From: Raillietiella orientalis
Taxonomy: Eukaryota
Assembly: GCA_036172245.1 (NCBI GenBank)
Contig: JAYWIR010000017.1
Span: forward strand, 2,108,001 to 2,172,000
Length of the DNA: 64,000 bases
Reading direction: 5' to 3'
Part shown: positions 53,901 through 62,760 of the stretch, one piece after another
Layout of the letters: each line of letters opens with the position of its first letter
Numbering within the stretch: the stretch's first letter is position 1
Made by a program: the position numbers and the translations under genes
Notes under the pieces: generated by a model
What the model saw: the letters and a program-made list of their open reading frames with translations, nothing else
Databases searched by the model: none
Told to the model about the DNA's origin: nothing

Positions 53901-56900
53901 CTCTTAATCAAAAATATATTTATCTTTGTATTTTGCCCATTACATCCATTAGGGCGTTCTATGCATATGTCGTCTCCATTTTCTCTGATGCATTGCAATC
54001 ATCTGAAACATCCAATTGCCTAGAGGCCACACTCTTGCTGATTCTGCTAAATAAATCTCGCACAATCGAAAAACATAACGGCTTCCATCTGCAACAACCT
54101 GACAATTGGGTGTTCCCATGAAAACTTCATTCAGTTACCTCAGTTATGGAGTGGCACACTAGATAGATCAAGACATCTTATTATCAGTAGTTTGTTCTAT
54201 CATATCAGTAGATGAAGACAACGTAACTCAATGTTTTGATCTTTAGGAAACCCTTGGTGTCTGTAAACCACAGGAGCAAGCTACAATCTCTCGTAAATGA
54301 CCATCGCACAAGCATAAGCCCTGATATAAATGTGATGCTTCCATCAAAACTATAACAATGATTGAGAACATGCGCTCTTGAAATTCAAATATCAAGAAAT
54401 TCCTAATTTCGAAACGATCGATTAATAGGATTATCCATTGAATTTCTTGAGTGTTGTTTCAAGTTGCTTCAAGAGTTTCAAAGCGCATAAACACAGGAGA
54501 AACTGATACAGACCTTCGTTGTACCATATTAAGTGCAACTCCCACCAAAGTGTGATACATTGTTTCTGGATTATCAGGTCCTCCATGTGTAATTTCCAGT
54601 ATGACAGGCAGTATTTTCCGTAGATCTTCACTTCTGTCGGCTACTCCAACTAAACACAAAAAAATAAAGTTTGCACGTTTGTAGTGTGCACTTGAATTAC
54701 TAGCTGCTGAATTTGCAGAACCTTGTGCTCTGTACTTGTGTGGAAGTTGTCTGATGAAACGAGAAGTTTTATGGATAAAAAACCTTATTAAAATCTGGAG
54801 CAAGGGTTCCTCCAGAAGAACAAGATTTCCGAACCTACTAATGCGATTCAATGAAGATTTCCAATGAACGCATGACAAAAACGATTTAAGTCAACGCATC
54901 ATGAAACATTTTCTATTTGCACGCAATCTTCCTTAAGTCAGGTTTTGAGGTTCTTGAATTCAGTTTCAAAGAAAAATCTCTTTTTTACTCTTGCAAGCTT
55001 TTCTTTGACTGCAGTCTTTGATCGCCAATGAATTAGCAGTGCATGCAGTTCGAATAGATTTACCCATAAAACGGAAACAGCGATTCAAGGTGATTTTGAC
55101 GCTTTCGACTACCGATTGATTTCTCCTTTTCTTATGTGAGCTGAAGAAATATATGTATGAAACCATATCTTACAGAACGGTAATAAGACATTTGTGGTGT
55201 CAGCAGTAATTGCTCTCATCACCATCAGTTTTGCATAGACTTTAATAGTATCTCAAAAGATCTGAGAGTCGGATGCTATTGTACGGCTGGGCATTCTTCC
55301 TCCCTCTGACTCTTTTGAGTTCGTCATCCGTTTCGTGAGACTTCACAATCCACTTGCAGTTTATTCTTAATTGTATGTCTCAGTATGGATTCACTAAACT
55401 TCTAGCGAATGAGGCATTCTCGTTCGCTAGAAGAACTAGAAAATCGCTAGAAATCTAGTTCGTTCGTTCGTAATCCGAGCTAACTTCACGATTTCAAGTG
55501 AGCTCGAATTCTAAACAGTGTCTGCGATCCTCGAATGCTCTCGAGATTTCTACAAAAAAACAAACCGCATAATGACTCTTTGACATGACAGTTGGAAATC
55601 GCATTTCCTTTAGTACTGGTGATGATGCGAAGGAAACACAGAAATGAATGCATAAGCTGTTATTTCTTAATAGACCTTGTATATCTCATGGATATTGTCG
55701 ATAGAATAGATCCAAATTCAAAGAAACCAGATGAAAAACACTTTCCTTCCCCGACGGATTGTATCTTCGACATTATAGAAATGATTCGCTACACTGTCTC
55801 AAGTGAGGTGTCCTCTTGAAGTTTCTGTGGAACGTGATTCTTGATGTTGCAAAACAATCCTCCACAAAATGTGAAAGCAAGAAGCTGAGGACAATTCCTA
55901 GGCTGTACCAAAATCAACATAAAAATTGTGAGAATAACAGCGCACAGCTTTTAGTATGCCTGGTTTTTCGACGTAACATCGAAGATTCATGTTAAAAAGG
56001 AAATTATCATAGAAAATCCCCAGTTGCATCACCTGTTCAGTGATGCTCACTACGTTCTTGATAACGGTCTGCATATTTTCGTTCACACTATTATTGTCCC
56101 GAAACTGCATAGCCATCTGAAAAGACTTTATCCTGGTTCACTCTCAGTGGAGCATTTTAAAAATGGCCTTCAAAAATTACCACAGAAACAGAGGGATGGA
56201 ACAGAACCTATGGGAAACAGTTATTGTAGCGTGCAGGCTCCAACAAGCTCTGTACAGTTTTGAAATTTTACTTTTACAGAGATCCTTTTATATAAGTGCT
56301 GAAGGGTTGCCAAACAAACATTCGGTTTGCTTATTGTGTGAGAGATGTGCGATGGTTTGAAAGGAAGAAGAAAAGAATTCGGGATTAAGCTATTCTGCCC
56401 AAATGTGATTTCGACCTTTTCAGCATTGAATATTTCGTTCTTCTTGTACCAAACCAAATGAATTTGATCTTGATCTTATTATTCCAAATTCAGAAAACGA
56501 TAGAAACAAATGGATTTCTTCAGTCATTTGTTACATCCATGAGCTCATTTACTTTAATTGGTTTGCTGCCGCTGCACTTTGGTTAAAATTCATGTGATTA
56601 AATCTAGGTTGCTCTCACATTTTCGATACAAAACACAGTAAGCGATCCTTACATCTATGATCTGCACATCTGATGTAGATTACACATCAGCTATGTAAAT
56701 AGAAGTGGAAGCACTTGTTTTATAGGAATTGATATCTTGTGTTCTTGATCTGAATAGAAGACTTCAAAATCTAAATCGCTTGAAAGTTTCCACTATGTCT
56801 TCGGCAGTTGAATACGTGACAACGAATAATGTTTCAAGTCATCTGTTATAACAGTACTCACAATTCAATGGTAAAAAATGCAAACATTTCTACAAGAAGT

Positions 56901-57543
56901 TTTTCCACTTCAAAAAATCGGAAGCATCTCAGATACACATTAACGAAAATGCTTCCGATTTCTACAGAAGGTACAGGAAGTAATACACAATAATATACAC
57001 GGGTGGTTTCCAGAAGGTCACTTCGTTGGAACGCTCCCGTCTTGAACGACCATCATCAGCTTTCGTTTGCTGCTGACGTTTCAATCTTGCAAATATAAGC
57101 AAACTCCTGTGGAAACTTACGAGCAAAAATTTGTCTTTGAGAATGAGGTGCTGAATGATCCCGAATGCAAACCATTTCATACTCACTTCTTGGCTGTACA
57201 TCGTAGTCGATATCGGAATATCCGATGAGAAAGAAAGGATAGAACGTCCCTTCATGCACAGTATTCACAGCGGTAAAAGTATCATATGCCGTGTTTATGG
57301 CATACTGTGCACTAAATAACATGGAATTGGATATATCAATCATCATGCCAAATGTCTTATATCCCCTTCTTTCGTTAGTGAATGTTCTGTCATATTCTAA
57401 ATCAAAGTAACTCATATTATATGGTACGATACACCATGCAGATGACAATTCCATTGATGACAGTATTAGCGTCAAAATGACAAAGCACTCCTAGAAAAAG
57501 AGGTTTACTCAAAACTGAATGCAGGTTACTGTACTGTACACAT
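14905..57543 (-). CDS. Proposed single gene model: hemicentin/VWA7-like head, Ig domain, ~39 Cys-rich modules, EGF and TM (type I membrane protein). 5' exons are lesioned.
   Basis: A continuous minus-strand series of GT-AG exons, detailed in the entries below. Phases are consistent within 47674-41491 and within 37169-14905. The link across 41490-37170 is plausible but not fully resolved, so two genes remain possible. Confidence 0.6.
15304..15396 (-). CDS. Transmembrane-helix exon
   Basis: 93-nt phase 1-1 exon (TTAG...GTTAGT) encoding SLDTFTMIILILFALVLIMLATGVLWCNIIR. Confidence 0.85.
15548..15655 (-). CDS. EGF-like domain exon
   Basis: 108-nt phase 1-1 exon encoding CPCMNGGKCEVKFKSQVNCTCPKEYYGSLCERRKW (canonical CxNGGxC...CxC...YxGxxCE). 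Confidence 0.9.
15938..18637 (-). CDS. Six Cys-rich module exons
   Basis: Approximate exons: 15938-16042 QCHREPLPDGCGCGKTSECQHYC; 16098-16206 LCLGLHRPDRCACMTNDQCVSRSC; 16738-16830 DCTVIPKPTGCPCDEDGDCFHHCIKGLC; 17911-18027 LAEGCPCSNDFQCLRWMKCNEKTGTC; 18138-18254 CSKRKWRPSGCPCTTPDQCFSGKC; 18548-18637 NCDVAPRLPGCPCSSNAHCQDHCRRRRC. Confidence 0.88.
17330..17423 (-). pseudogene. Decayed Cys-module exon
   Basis: After a TTCAG acceptor the module frame is shifted and reads NCESANREYGSSSNSAECSDLMMVCS*. The GCxC core is lost and there is an in-frame stop. Confidence 0.55.
19196..23568 (-). CDS. Dense cluster of 17 Cys-rich module exons
   Basis: Lower exon boundaries at about 19196, 19391, 19545, 19708, 19853, 20019, 20160, 20422, 20751, 20890, 21285, 21845, 22038, 22181, 22336, 22984 and 23476. 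Examples: ICEQQAKPPGCPCTHHDECEEKFCSGTAC, DACTINPSFPYCSCKSSFQCASGTCINEIC, VCRGRNRNKYCQCERHEDCEKSLRCLEGIC. All are phase 1-1 and several introns are only ~43-55 nt. Confidence 0.9.
24652..30054 (-). CDS. Seven Cys-rich module exons
   Basis: Lower boundaries at about 24652, 25024, 26611, 26978, 27279, 29337 and 29961. Examples: PDCRKTPRFSLCRCKSPTDCASGVCYNGFC, PDCDSSLKSPGCRCSSNTDCRNGECKRNIC, LDCSQTIKPVGCTCKRNSECDSLTCERGLC. Confidence 0.88.
32127..36954 (-). CDS. Nine Cys-rich module exons plus a 21-nt microexon
   Basis: About 32127, 32774, 33006 (4-Cys variant), 34275, 34469, 35764-35856, 35895-35987, 36041-36136 and 36830-36954. Examples: LICPSDKRPEGCTCLSGDNCTSGMCLNKVC, LNCERLPRYPGCPCSTSVWCESKSCTERIC. 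Microexon 36462-36482 encodes PEPGIP, and intron 35857-35894 is 38 nt. Confidence 0.88.
37118..41641 (-). CDS. Linker exons between the Ig domain and the module array (Cys-containing, partly PAN/WSC-like)
   Basis: 41491-41641 DMECYKEDEISFKSDCHEFVKWEAK...CYKPCLYSLVLPKDTCSV; ~41395-41435 KLNCGSPALIRSY; ~38330-38405 NSVLCTQLAANSCETKCLTTTGSG; 37118-37169 WATYQGLPSESSECLCF, which ends in phase 1 and fits the first module. Phases between these exons are not fully reconciled. Confidence 0.45.
38650..39200 (-). mobile_element. Possible piggyBac-like C-terminal remnant
   Basis: KAVLYAVSKKVRKVSTRLW weakly resembles the RCxVCSKKxxRKETR motif seen at 58100-58160. Heavily decayed. Confidence 0.25.
39600..40800 (-). 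mobile_element. pogo/Tigger-like DDE transposase remnant
   Basis: AFNVDETSIW...FHRDKIPVD*RVT at ~39650-39772 resembles FNxDETGLxW...KxRxT. IGSPSKNSRP at ~40150-40175 resembles IGKSxxPR. Fragmented. Confidence 0.4.
41694..42023 (-). CDS. Immunoglobulin (I-set-like) domain, two exons (41888-42023, 41694-41821)
   Basis: EPKVKIIFPPQMKSWDTKLFCTVSSDSPFSASFG...PLYLRISGRLTDLFNKTYYCTAQNDQG. It has the YxCxAxN motif and resembles the first hemicentin Ig domain as I recall it (PKV...CSVDSxxPFxxSF). Confidence 0.85.
44300..47674 (-). CDS. Hemicentin/VWA7-like post-VWA region, three exons (47251-47674, 44455-44636, 44300-44375)
   Basis: Phase-consistent exons encode DLLHYEVNTERKTFSFDLDETIQNYTFVLS...RKPEVGTHTI...QVRGTGGLEMDGGFGHSP...LPTG, MTNLHYFLY...SVEIYDRDG and VKGFTSGGIPFVRQ. 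These match the recalled hemicentin pattern PEAGxWTV...GF...P..G...VxG...G..FxR. Confidence 0.8.
45636..45946. mobile_element. MITE-like element with ~80-bp imperfect terminal inverted repeats
   Basis: 45636-45718 (GCATTTTTATCACAGAATTTTCTTCTGATTTTTCAAATAAAACATTGTATTTT...) is near reverse-complementary to 45865-45946. No TSD was identified. Confidence 0.75.
52600..53400 (-). mobile_element. hAT-like transposase C-terminal remnant
   Basis: TLRIKLAIALNTNSKFRRMHFEQLDLKK resembles the hAT dimerisation motif (LRIxLTxPxTxxxxERxFSxL). Upstream is KLDLVEVRQTVQNC. Decayed. Confidence 0.35.
53945..54280 (-). pseudogene. Two lesioned VWA exons (54139-54280 and ~53945-54040)
   Basis: SLLLWFTD is followed by a 5-nt insertion before GFPKDQNIELRCLHLLI, then a duplicated tract with stops before DVLIYLVCHSITE. 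The next exon, PLGNWMFQMIA...ENGDDICIERP, is shifted by a ~7-nt insertion. Confidence 0.7.
54514..57543 (-). CDS. Signal peptide and N-terminal half of a hemicentin-type VWA domain (exons ~57535-57543, 57187-57490, 54514-54649)
   Basis: MCT|ECFVILTLILSSMELSSA (signal-like), then KTFGMMIDISNSM (MIDAS DxSxS), YPFFLIGYSD, EDLRKILPVILEITHGGPDNPETMYHTLVGVAL (GGGDxPE-like). Splice phases are consistent. Confidence 0.82.
55750..56500 (-). mobile_element. hAT (Buster/SPIN-like) transposase remnant
   Basis: ENMQTVIKNVVSIT...GIFYDNFL...KAVRCYS resembles VMxxVIKIVNFI...LFxxFL...EVRWLS. Decayed. Confidence 0.35.
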
Positions 57544-57559
57544 TTCGAATCTGCACATA

Positions 57560-57850
57560 TAAAGACACGAATGCAAACGTTTGGATGTCTTTACGAAACG
57601 GATGCTGGAACATTCGCACAGGCTAAGAGTAACACGGACGACGCGTGAGCGAAAGCGGGTAAAGTAACAATGGAAAACAAATGAGCGAATAATGCTGTAC
57701 GCAACAATAAGGCTCAATTAGGCCAGCATCAAATCACGAATGGCGGCTTGCGAAGCGACGGACGAGCGGAAAAACGAACTCCGGTGCCAATCCGGTGACC
57801 TCAAGACCCCCACAAGAGTCTTGAGGTCAAACCCCGACCTGTTGAGCGAG
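57560..57850 (-). promoter_or_regulatory. Putative promoter / 5' region of the VWA gene
   Basis: A CpG-richer patch immediately upstream of the proposed ATG (57543). It contains ATGGCGGC (~57740) and a 12-bp perfect inverted repeat (57796-57829). Confidence 0.3.
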
Positions 57851-57859
57851 TCATTCTTT

Positions 57860-58920
57860 TTTCCAAAGTGCACCCGTGGGTGCATGGATTAGAATTGGCG
57901 AAAACGAATACATACGTCAAAAGTACAGCAAATGCATCTATTGTAGGAAAAAGGAAAAAAAATATTCATAAAAGTTTCCTGATTGCACGGAAAAAAAGAA
58001 AATTGATACATAGGAAGAATGAAAACCCCATGAGAAATCAATCTGATTTTGCAGTATGATTTGGTTCAAAGCAAGATGCGACACAAAGTGACACCTCACA
58101 GTTTCAACAACATCGCGTTTCCTTACGCATGCCCTTTTTTGAACACACGATACATCTTCGCGATGCACTATCTTTTGATGATGTAAATGGTATACAATTT
58201 GGAAAATGTGTTCCGATGACACGTGTGGCCTGGCAATTGCAGATGGTGGATCAGCTGTCACAGTTTCTTGAGCTGAAGATTCCTCAATAATTTGTTCAAT
58301 GCTTTCGAGCAAAAAATGGAACCGATTCAATCTTCCATTTTTTTTTTGTATAATAAATAGAAATACAAGCGCACAGCGTCTATATATTCCTGTAACACTT
58401 TTTTAACTCTTTCTTGCCAGCGCATGTGCTGCAATTATACCTTCGCTTCTGTCCACTCCATCCATTTTTTTTTTTTCCCATAATCAAACACCACTTCAAG
58501 CTTTCTTTTCACAATACCTCGTTCCTCTGTTTCCAACATTCTTTTCATCTGCATTGGTGGCATGTAATCTACTGGGGAACAGTACAAGTTCCTTCTGTCC
58601 CGCCACTTCAATAACATTCTTTTGTTGTTATATTTTGCAATGTACTGATCTTTCTTTGGAGAAGCTCTATTCATATCTTCAGGAATGCCAAATCTCTGCT
58701 GTCGCATTGTACCAATAATGTTTTACAAGTATATGTTTTCCGTGCGAGTTCTTTACTTGTGTACCATTTATCCAAATAAAATTGATATCCCTGAGCTCAT
58801 AGATCACGAGAAAGTTGAAGAACGATGCGAGTCGCTGTCTTATATTGAGGATAATTTTGACGATGTTCTATATTCTTGCCCATGTATGCACAGAAATTCC
58901 AAATCTGTTGACAATGTCAA
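57860..58920 (-). mobile_element. piggyBac transposase remnant (C-terminal half)
   Basis: YLDKWYTSKELA (DNFYTS-like), GTMRQQRFGIP, LLKWRDRRNL, KLEVVFDY and the C-terminal Cys-rich domain RRCIVCSKKGMRKETRCC*NCEVSLCVASCFEPNH. It has frameshifts, a subterminal palindrome TGCACCC-GT-GGGTGCA at ~57869, and its 5' part is cut off by the L1 fragment. Confidence 0.88.
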
Positions 58921-58924
58921 AAAC

Positions 58925-59572
58925 GAGGGAAGCGAACCAGCGGCGTCATCCGTCATCGAGGCCGTGCTCGATGACGTCGTCTCCGAGCGAGCGGCGAAAG
59001 AGCTGGCTGCCTCGTTGCAGCCGGCCCCTTCCAAGGCTAGCAAGAAGGCCGTCAGGCGTCCGGCTTCCACCCAGGAGTCGGTCACTTCCGACCCCGAGGC
59101 GGAGGCCGGAAACGCAGCTTCCATCTCCGCGGTACCCCGCAGGAAGGCTGGACGAAAGTCCACCAAACCTCGGAAGATCGTCTTCCCCGTCGAAGGGGAA
59201 GAGATGGCTTCCGGAAGCGAGGGAGCCATGAGCGTGGGAGAATCGCGGGACTCGTCGCCCGAGAGACTCCCACTCTCGGACACGGAGGGGATGGAGGAGG
59301 TGGAGGACGAACAGGTGCCCCAGGTGCCTGAGGAGGCAGAAACCCCCATGGCCATCTCACCCGCCTCAGAAGAGGCGGGTTCCCCCACACCGTCATCTTC
59401 CCAGCAGTAATGCCGGGAATCTCCTCCCGCCGTCGTCTGCGCATCGCCGTTTGGAACGTAAACGGCATGACAGACGCCGGCAGGAGACGAGACATGGCCG
59501 CCCTTCTAGGATCGTTCCACCTTGCGCTGCTGCAGGAGATCCATGTGGTCTCTGCAGAACAAGAGCAGGAGA
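58925..59572 (+). mobile_element. L1/Tx1-like fragment: ORF1 C-terminus plus ORF2 endonuclease N-terminus
   Basis: Low-complexity ORF1 tail ending at TAA 59408-59410, overlapping ATG 59410. ORF2 begins MPGISSRRRLRIAVWNVNG...LALLQEIH (APE motifs WNVNG and LQE). Interrupted at ~59572. Confidence 0.88.
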
Positions 59573-62500
59573 TTTCTCACCCGGTCACGCCGGGGCGTTT
59601 ATTTCATATACCGTAAACAAAGAACAATTATATAAAATAAACCACTTGGGAACCATGCTCCCAACCCACTGAACAACCGACTGAACAAGGATCAAGAGAA
59701 GACTGCTGGCACACAGGCCAGAATAAGTCTTGGAAACGGTGTGTGGGGACGGGGAACACAAACAAAGAAAAACAAAAGAAAAAAAAAATCAATGGGGGAC
59801 GCCGGGACAAGGGTCTTTTGGATCGCTCTGGTAGGCACCGGGATAAAAGTAATGCCACCGGCATTTTAGCAGAGCGAGCGGGGAAGGGGTATGGGTGGGC
59901 TACAGGTCGCAGTGGTCACCGGATTACGCCGTTCTTAAAAATCTGTAAGCCGGCGATGTCCTCTTTCACCTCGTCACGAAGATGAAACCATCTAGCAGCC
60001 TTTTCCATGGATTCTGCTGCAAACCGGTGAGCCTCCCTTCGCTGCGTTGACAACTCCAGGGCGTAGCGGACCTTCACGATGGAGCGAATGCAACACACGG
60101 TTGCGACAATCGCGCATACCGAAAATCCATTCCTCCTGAAGAAGCGCCGCAGCACATCAATGGCGGTGCCTCCTTGCGGCAGGATGGCTGAAATCAGCCT
60201 TCCCCACAGTTCACGGGGGTCACCGCAGTCCAGCAAGAGGTGCGGAAAGGACTCGATCTTTCCGCAGCTCAAACAGTTTCGCGAAGCAGCTTCCCCGGAA
60301 ACGATGCTTCGCTGCCGATTACAGTGGAATCCCCAGTGTAAAAAGAGCAGCACATCTTGTTTCCACTTTAAGGGGAACACGGAGCTGTCCAAACAAACGG
60401 GGGGAACCACTATCTCTCCGGGGGGTACACTTAAATGTTCACTCCACCGAAGCAGGCCCTTCGCCCGATTACGAGGAGTGGCAGAATCCACCAGCTCCTT
60501 TGTCGTCCAGCCGCCTAGGAGCTTACTGTCTCCCGCTATTGTGTAGGAGAACTCTTATTTCGCCGGTAGGCAACTGTCGTTGCTTGCCCTGAGGGCAGAC
60601 AGCGCTGCGGCAAGTGGTGTGGCGGCCAGACGATCCGACTTCTTGTCCTACATGACTTCGTCCATTGGATGACTGAGGAGAAGTCTCAGGCATCGAAGAT
60701 ATTCCGGGCGCGTTAATTCGGAAGCTGTCCACGATGAAAAAGATTCCTGCCGCCATGCATTAATGTTCATGGGATGGCAGGAGATCCAACTTTGGGCTTC
60801 CGGCAGAGAGGACAGCTGCCTCAGCGGGAAGCCAAATCCTATTCCGGTGTGCCGAAAGTGGGGCAGTAACGGAAGCAGTCCCTCGCTTCCCGTGCAGCGC
60901 CTTAGTATAAGGAGTGCGGGTAAGCACCACGGCGTACACCACAGCTTGACACAGAGCCGCAGCATACGAAACTGCACCTGCAGCCCGATGCTGTTTATGT
61001 CGAGGATGCCCAAGCCTGTACTGACGCGACGCCACCAAGTCTTTAAGTCTTGCGCGTGATCTTGCAGTGCCCCACAACGCTTTGCGTAGAAGGCACTGCG
61101 CCCAGACTTTGACTTCCTGGGGGGGTGGGCAAACAAAAAACAGGGGGCGGAGGAGGGGAGCAACGAAGGTGTTCCAGATGCTGGCCCATTCCGGCAAGAC
61201 GAACTCGCCTCCTGAGAACGGGCCAAGTGCACGGTCTGCCTTCCGAAGGCAGTCTGACCACGCTTCTGAGATGCAGAAGTCGCCCAGCGGCACGCCAAGG
61301 TACCTCAGGTACCTGCCCGTGGGGATCCCCAGGCGGATCCAGTCGGACTGCCCCTCCCACGTCGCTCCCACCGGAACAACCATGCACTTGCTCCTGTTGA
61401 CGCTTACGCCCGCACCGCGACGGATCAACTCAAAGAAATCTTCAAGCGACGCCGCCGGGGTGGACATGGGCAACAGGAGAAGCAGGTCGTCGGCATAGGC
61501 TGCCACGGCCGGCGTACCTGGACAGGAGCTCGGCAGGTTGGCTAGCGTCAGCCTGTAAACCTCCAGCAACAATTCAAAATAGATGCTGAAGAGCAGCGGG
61601 CTTAAGCTATCGCATTGCCTAATTCCTCGCTGTACCGGCATGCCGTACATGCGACAGCCACTGAAAACAATGGATGTAATCGCGTGGCGCCAGCAGGAGC
61701 GCAAGTACGCCAACAGGGATGCCGGGAGACCCAGACGTTCCAAGAGCTCAAGAAGAAGCTTTTGGTTCACGCAATCGAAAGCTTTGTGCAAATCGACTGC
61801 AACCGCCAAGGCCCCCGGGGTTTCCCTTTGCGACCCGCGCCTCCGTCGGTGGGAGATCGAAGGCGTCGCTTCCGCAAGACGATCCATCGCCACGCGATGC
61901 TGCAATTGCAGCCATGTGCGGATGAAGAAGAGATTCGCGTCCAAGGACCGCCCGGGAACAGCGTAGGTATGTTCCGGACTTACCAAAGACTCCGCGATCC
62001 TCCCCATCCGCGCCACCCAAAGTTTCGAGAACAACTTGACGTCCGAATTCATTAATGTGATCGGACGCCAATTGTTCAGTTGGCGCAAATCTCCGCCTTT
62101 CGGCAGGAGACGAGCCTTCGCTGAGCGAAACGAGGCGGGGACATCGCCCGCGTCTCGCATCAGCGACGAGAGTTGGAGCACCAGGGGGATGAGTTCCGCC
62201 GCGAAGCACTGGAAGAACTTCGCAGGCAGACCATCCTCACCTGGCGCCCTGCGCTTCTTGAGGCTCGCTATGGCGGAAGACACCTCTTCCGCCGTGAAGG
62301 GCAAGTCAAGAGTGGCGCGTTCCTCCTCGTCGACCGCAGGGGAATCCGCCGGCAGAAGCAGCTCCGAGAGACTGCGTTCCGTCGGCTCCCAACGGGAGTA
62401 GTAGCGCTTCAGAAGGCGGCGAACGTCGGCCGCGCCCGAGCACTCCAGGCCCTGGTCATCGAGCAGACAAGCCGCTCCTGACTGCCAGACCTGGCGCTCG

Positions 62501-62760
62501 GCCTTGGCCTTGTACTCCGCAAGGTACCGGACGTCCGGGCATCGGGAGAATTGGCGGGCCTGCAGAAACTCTCTGCTGCTGGCCACACCTTCTCCGAAGC
62601 CACGGGGAAGCAGGCTCAAGGGGAACCGGCTGCAGAACTCGAGGACCGATCTTTTCAGATCGTCCCAGTCCACGAGCCCCCGAACGGTCAAGCTCCGGAG
62701 ATGCCGGCGGAGGTGCTCCACAGCCACCGGATTTCTCAACCAGTCGGCCGGCAACCTCCA
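59573..62760 (-). mobile_element. 5'-truncated L1/Tx1-like element: RT, zf-RVT and 3' UTR
   Basis: WRLPADWL, RRAPGEDG, WRPITLMNSDVKLF, VPGR, DLHKAFD, GIRQCDSLSPLLF, YADD (61486-61497), YLG and CLSCGKIESFPHLLLDC. Frameshifts lie near 61025 and 60650, the stop is at 59916, and the element ends AATAAACGCCCCGGCGTGACCGGGTGAGAAA. There is no endonuclease domain. Confidence 0.93.

Noticed and set aside
54178..54258. Insertions as tiny introns, or a reassigned stop codon
   Set aside because: They lack GT-AG ends. Other exons translate cleanly with the standard code, and the lesions are frameshifts as well as stops.
58685..59410. 241-aa plus-strand ORF as a real gene
   Set aside because: It is a chance fusion of antisense piggyBac sequence (to ~58920) with a retroelement ORF1 tail.
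58925..62760. Twin-priming 5' inversion of a single element
   Set aside because: The opposite-strand ORF1/APE piece abuts the 3' end of the element, not its 5' truncation point.
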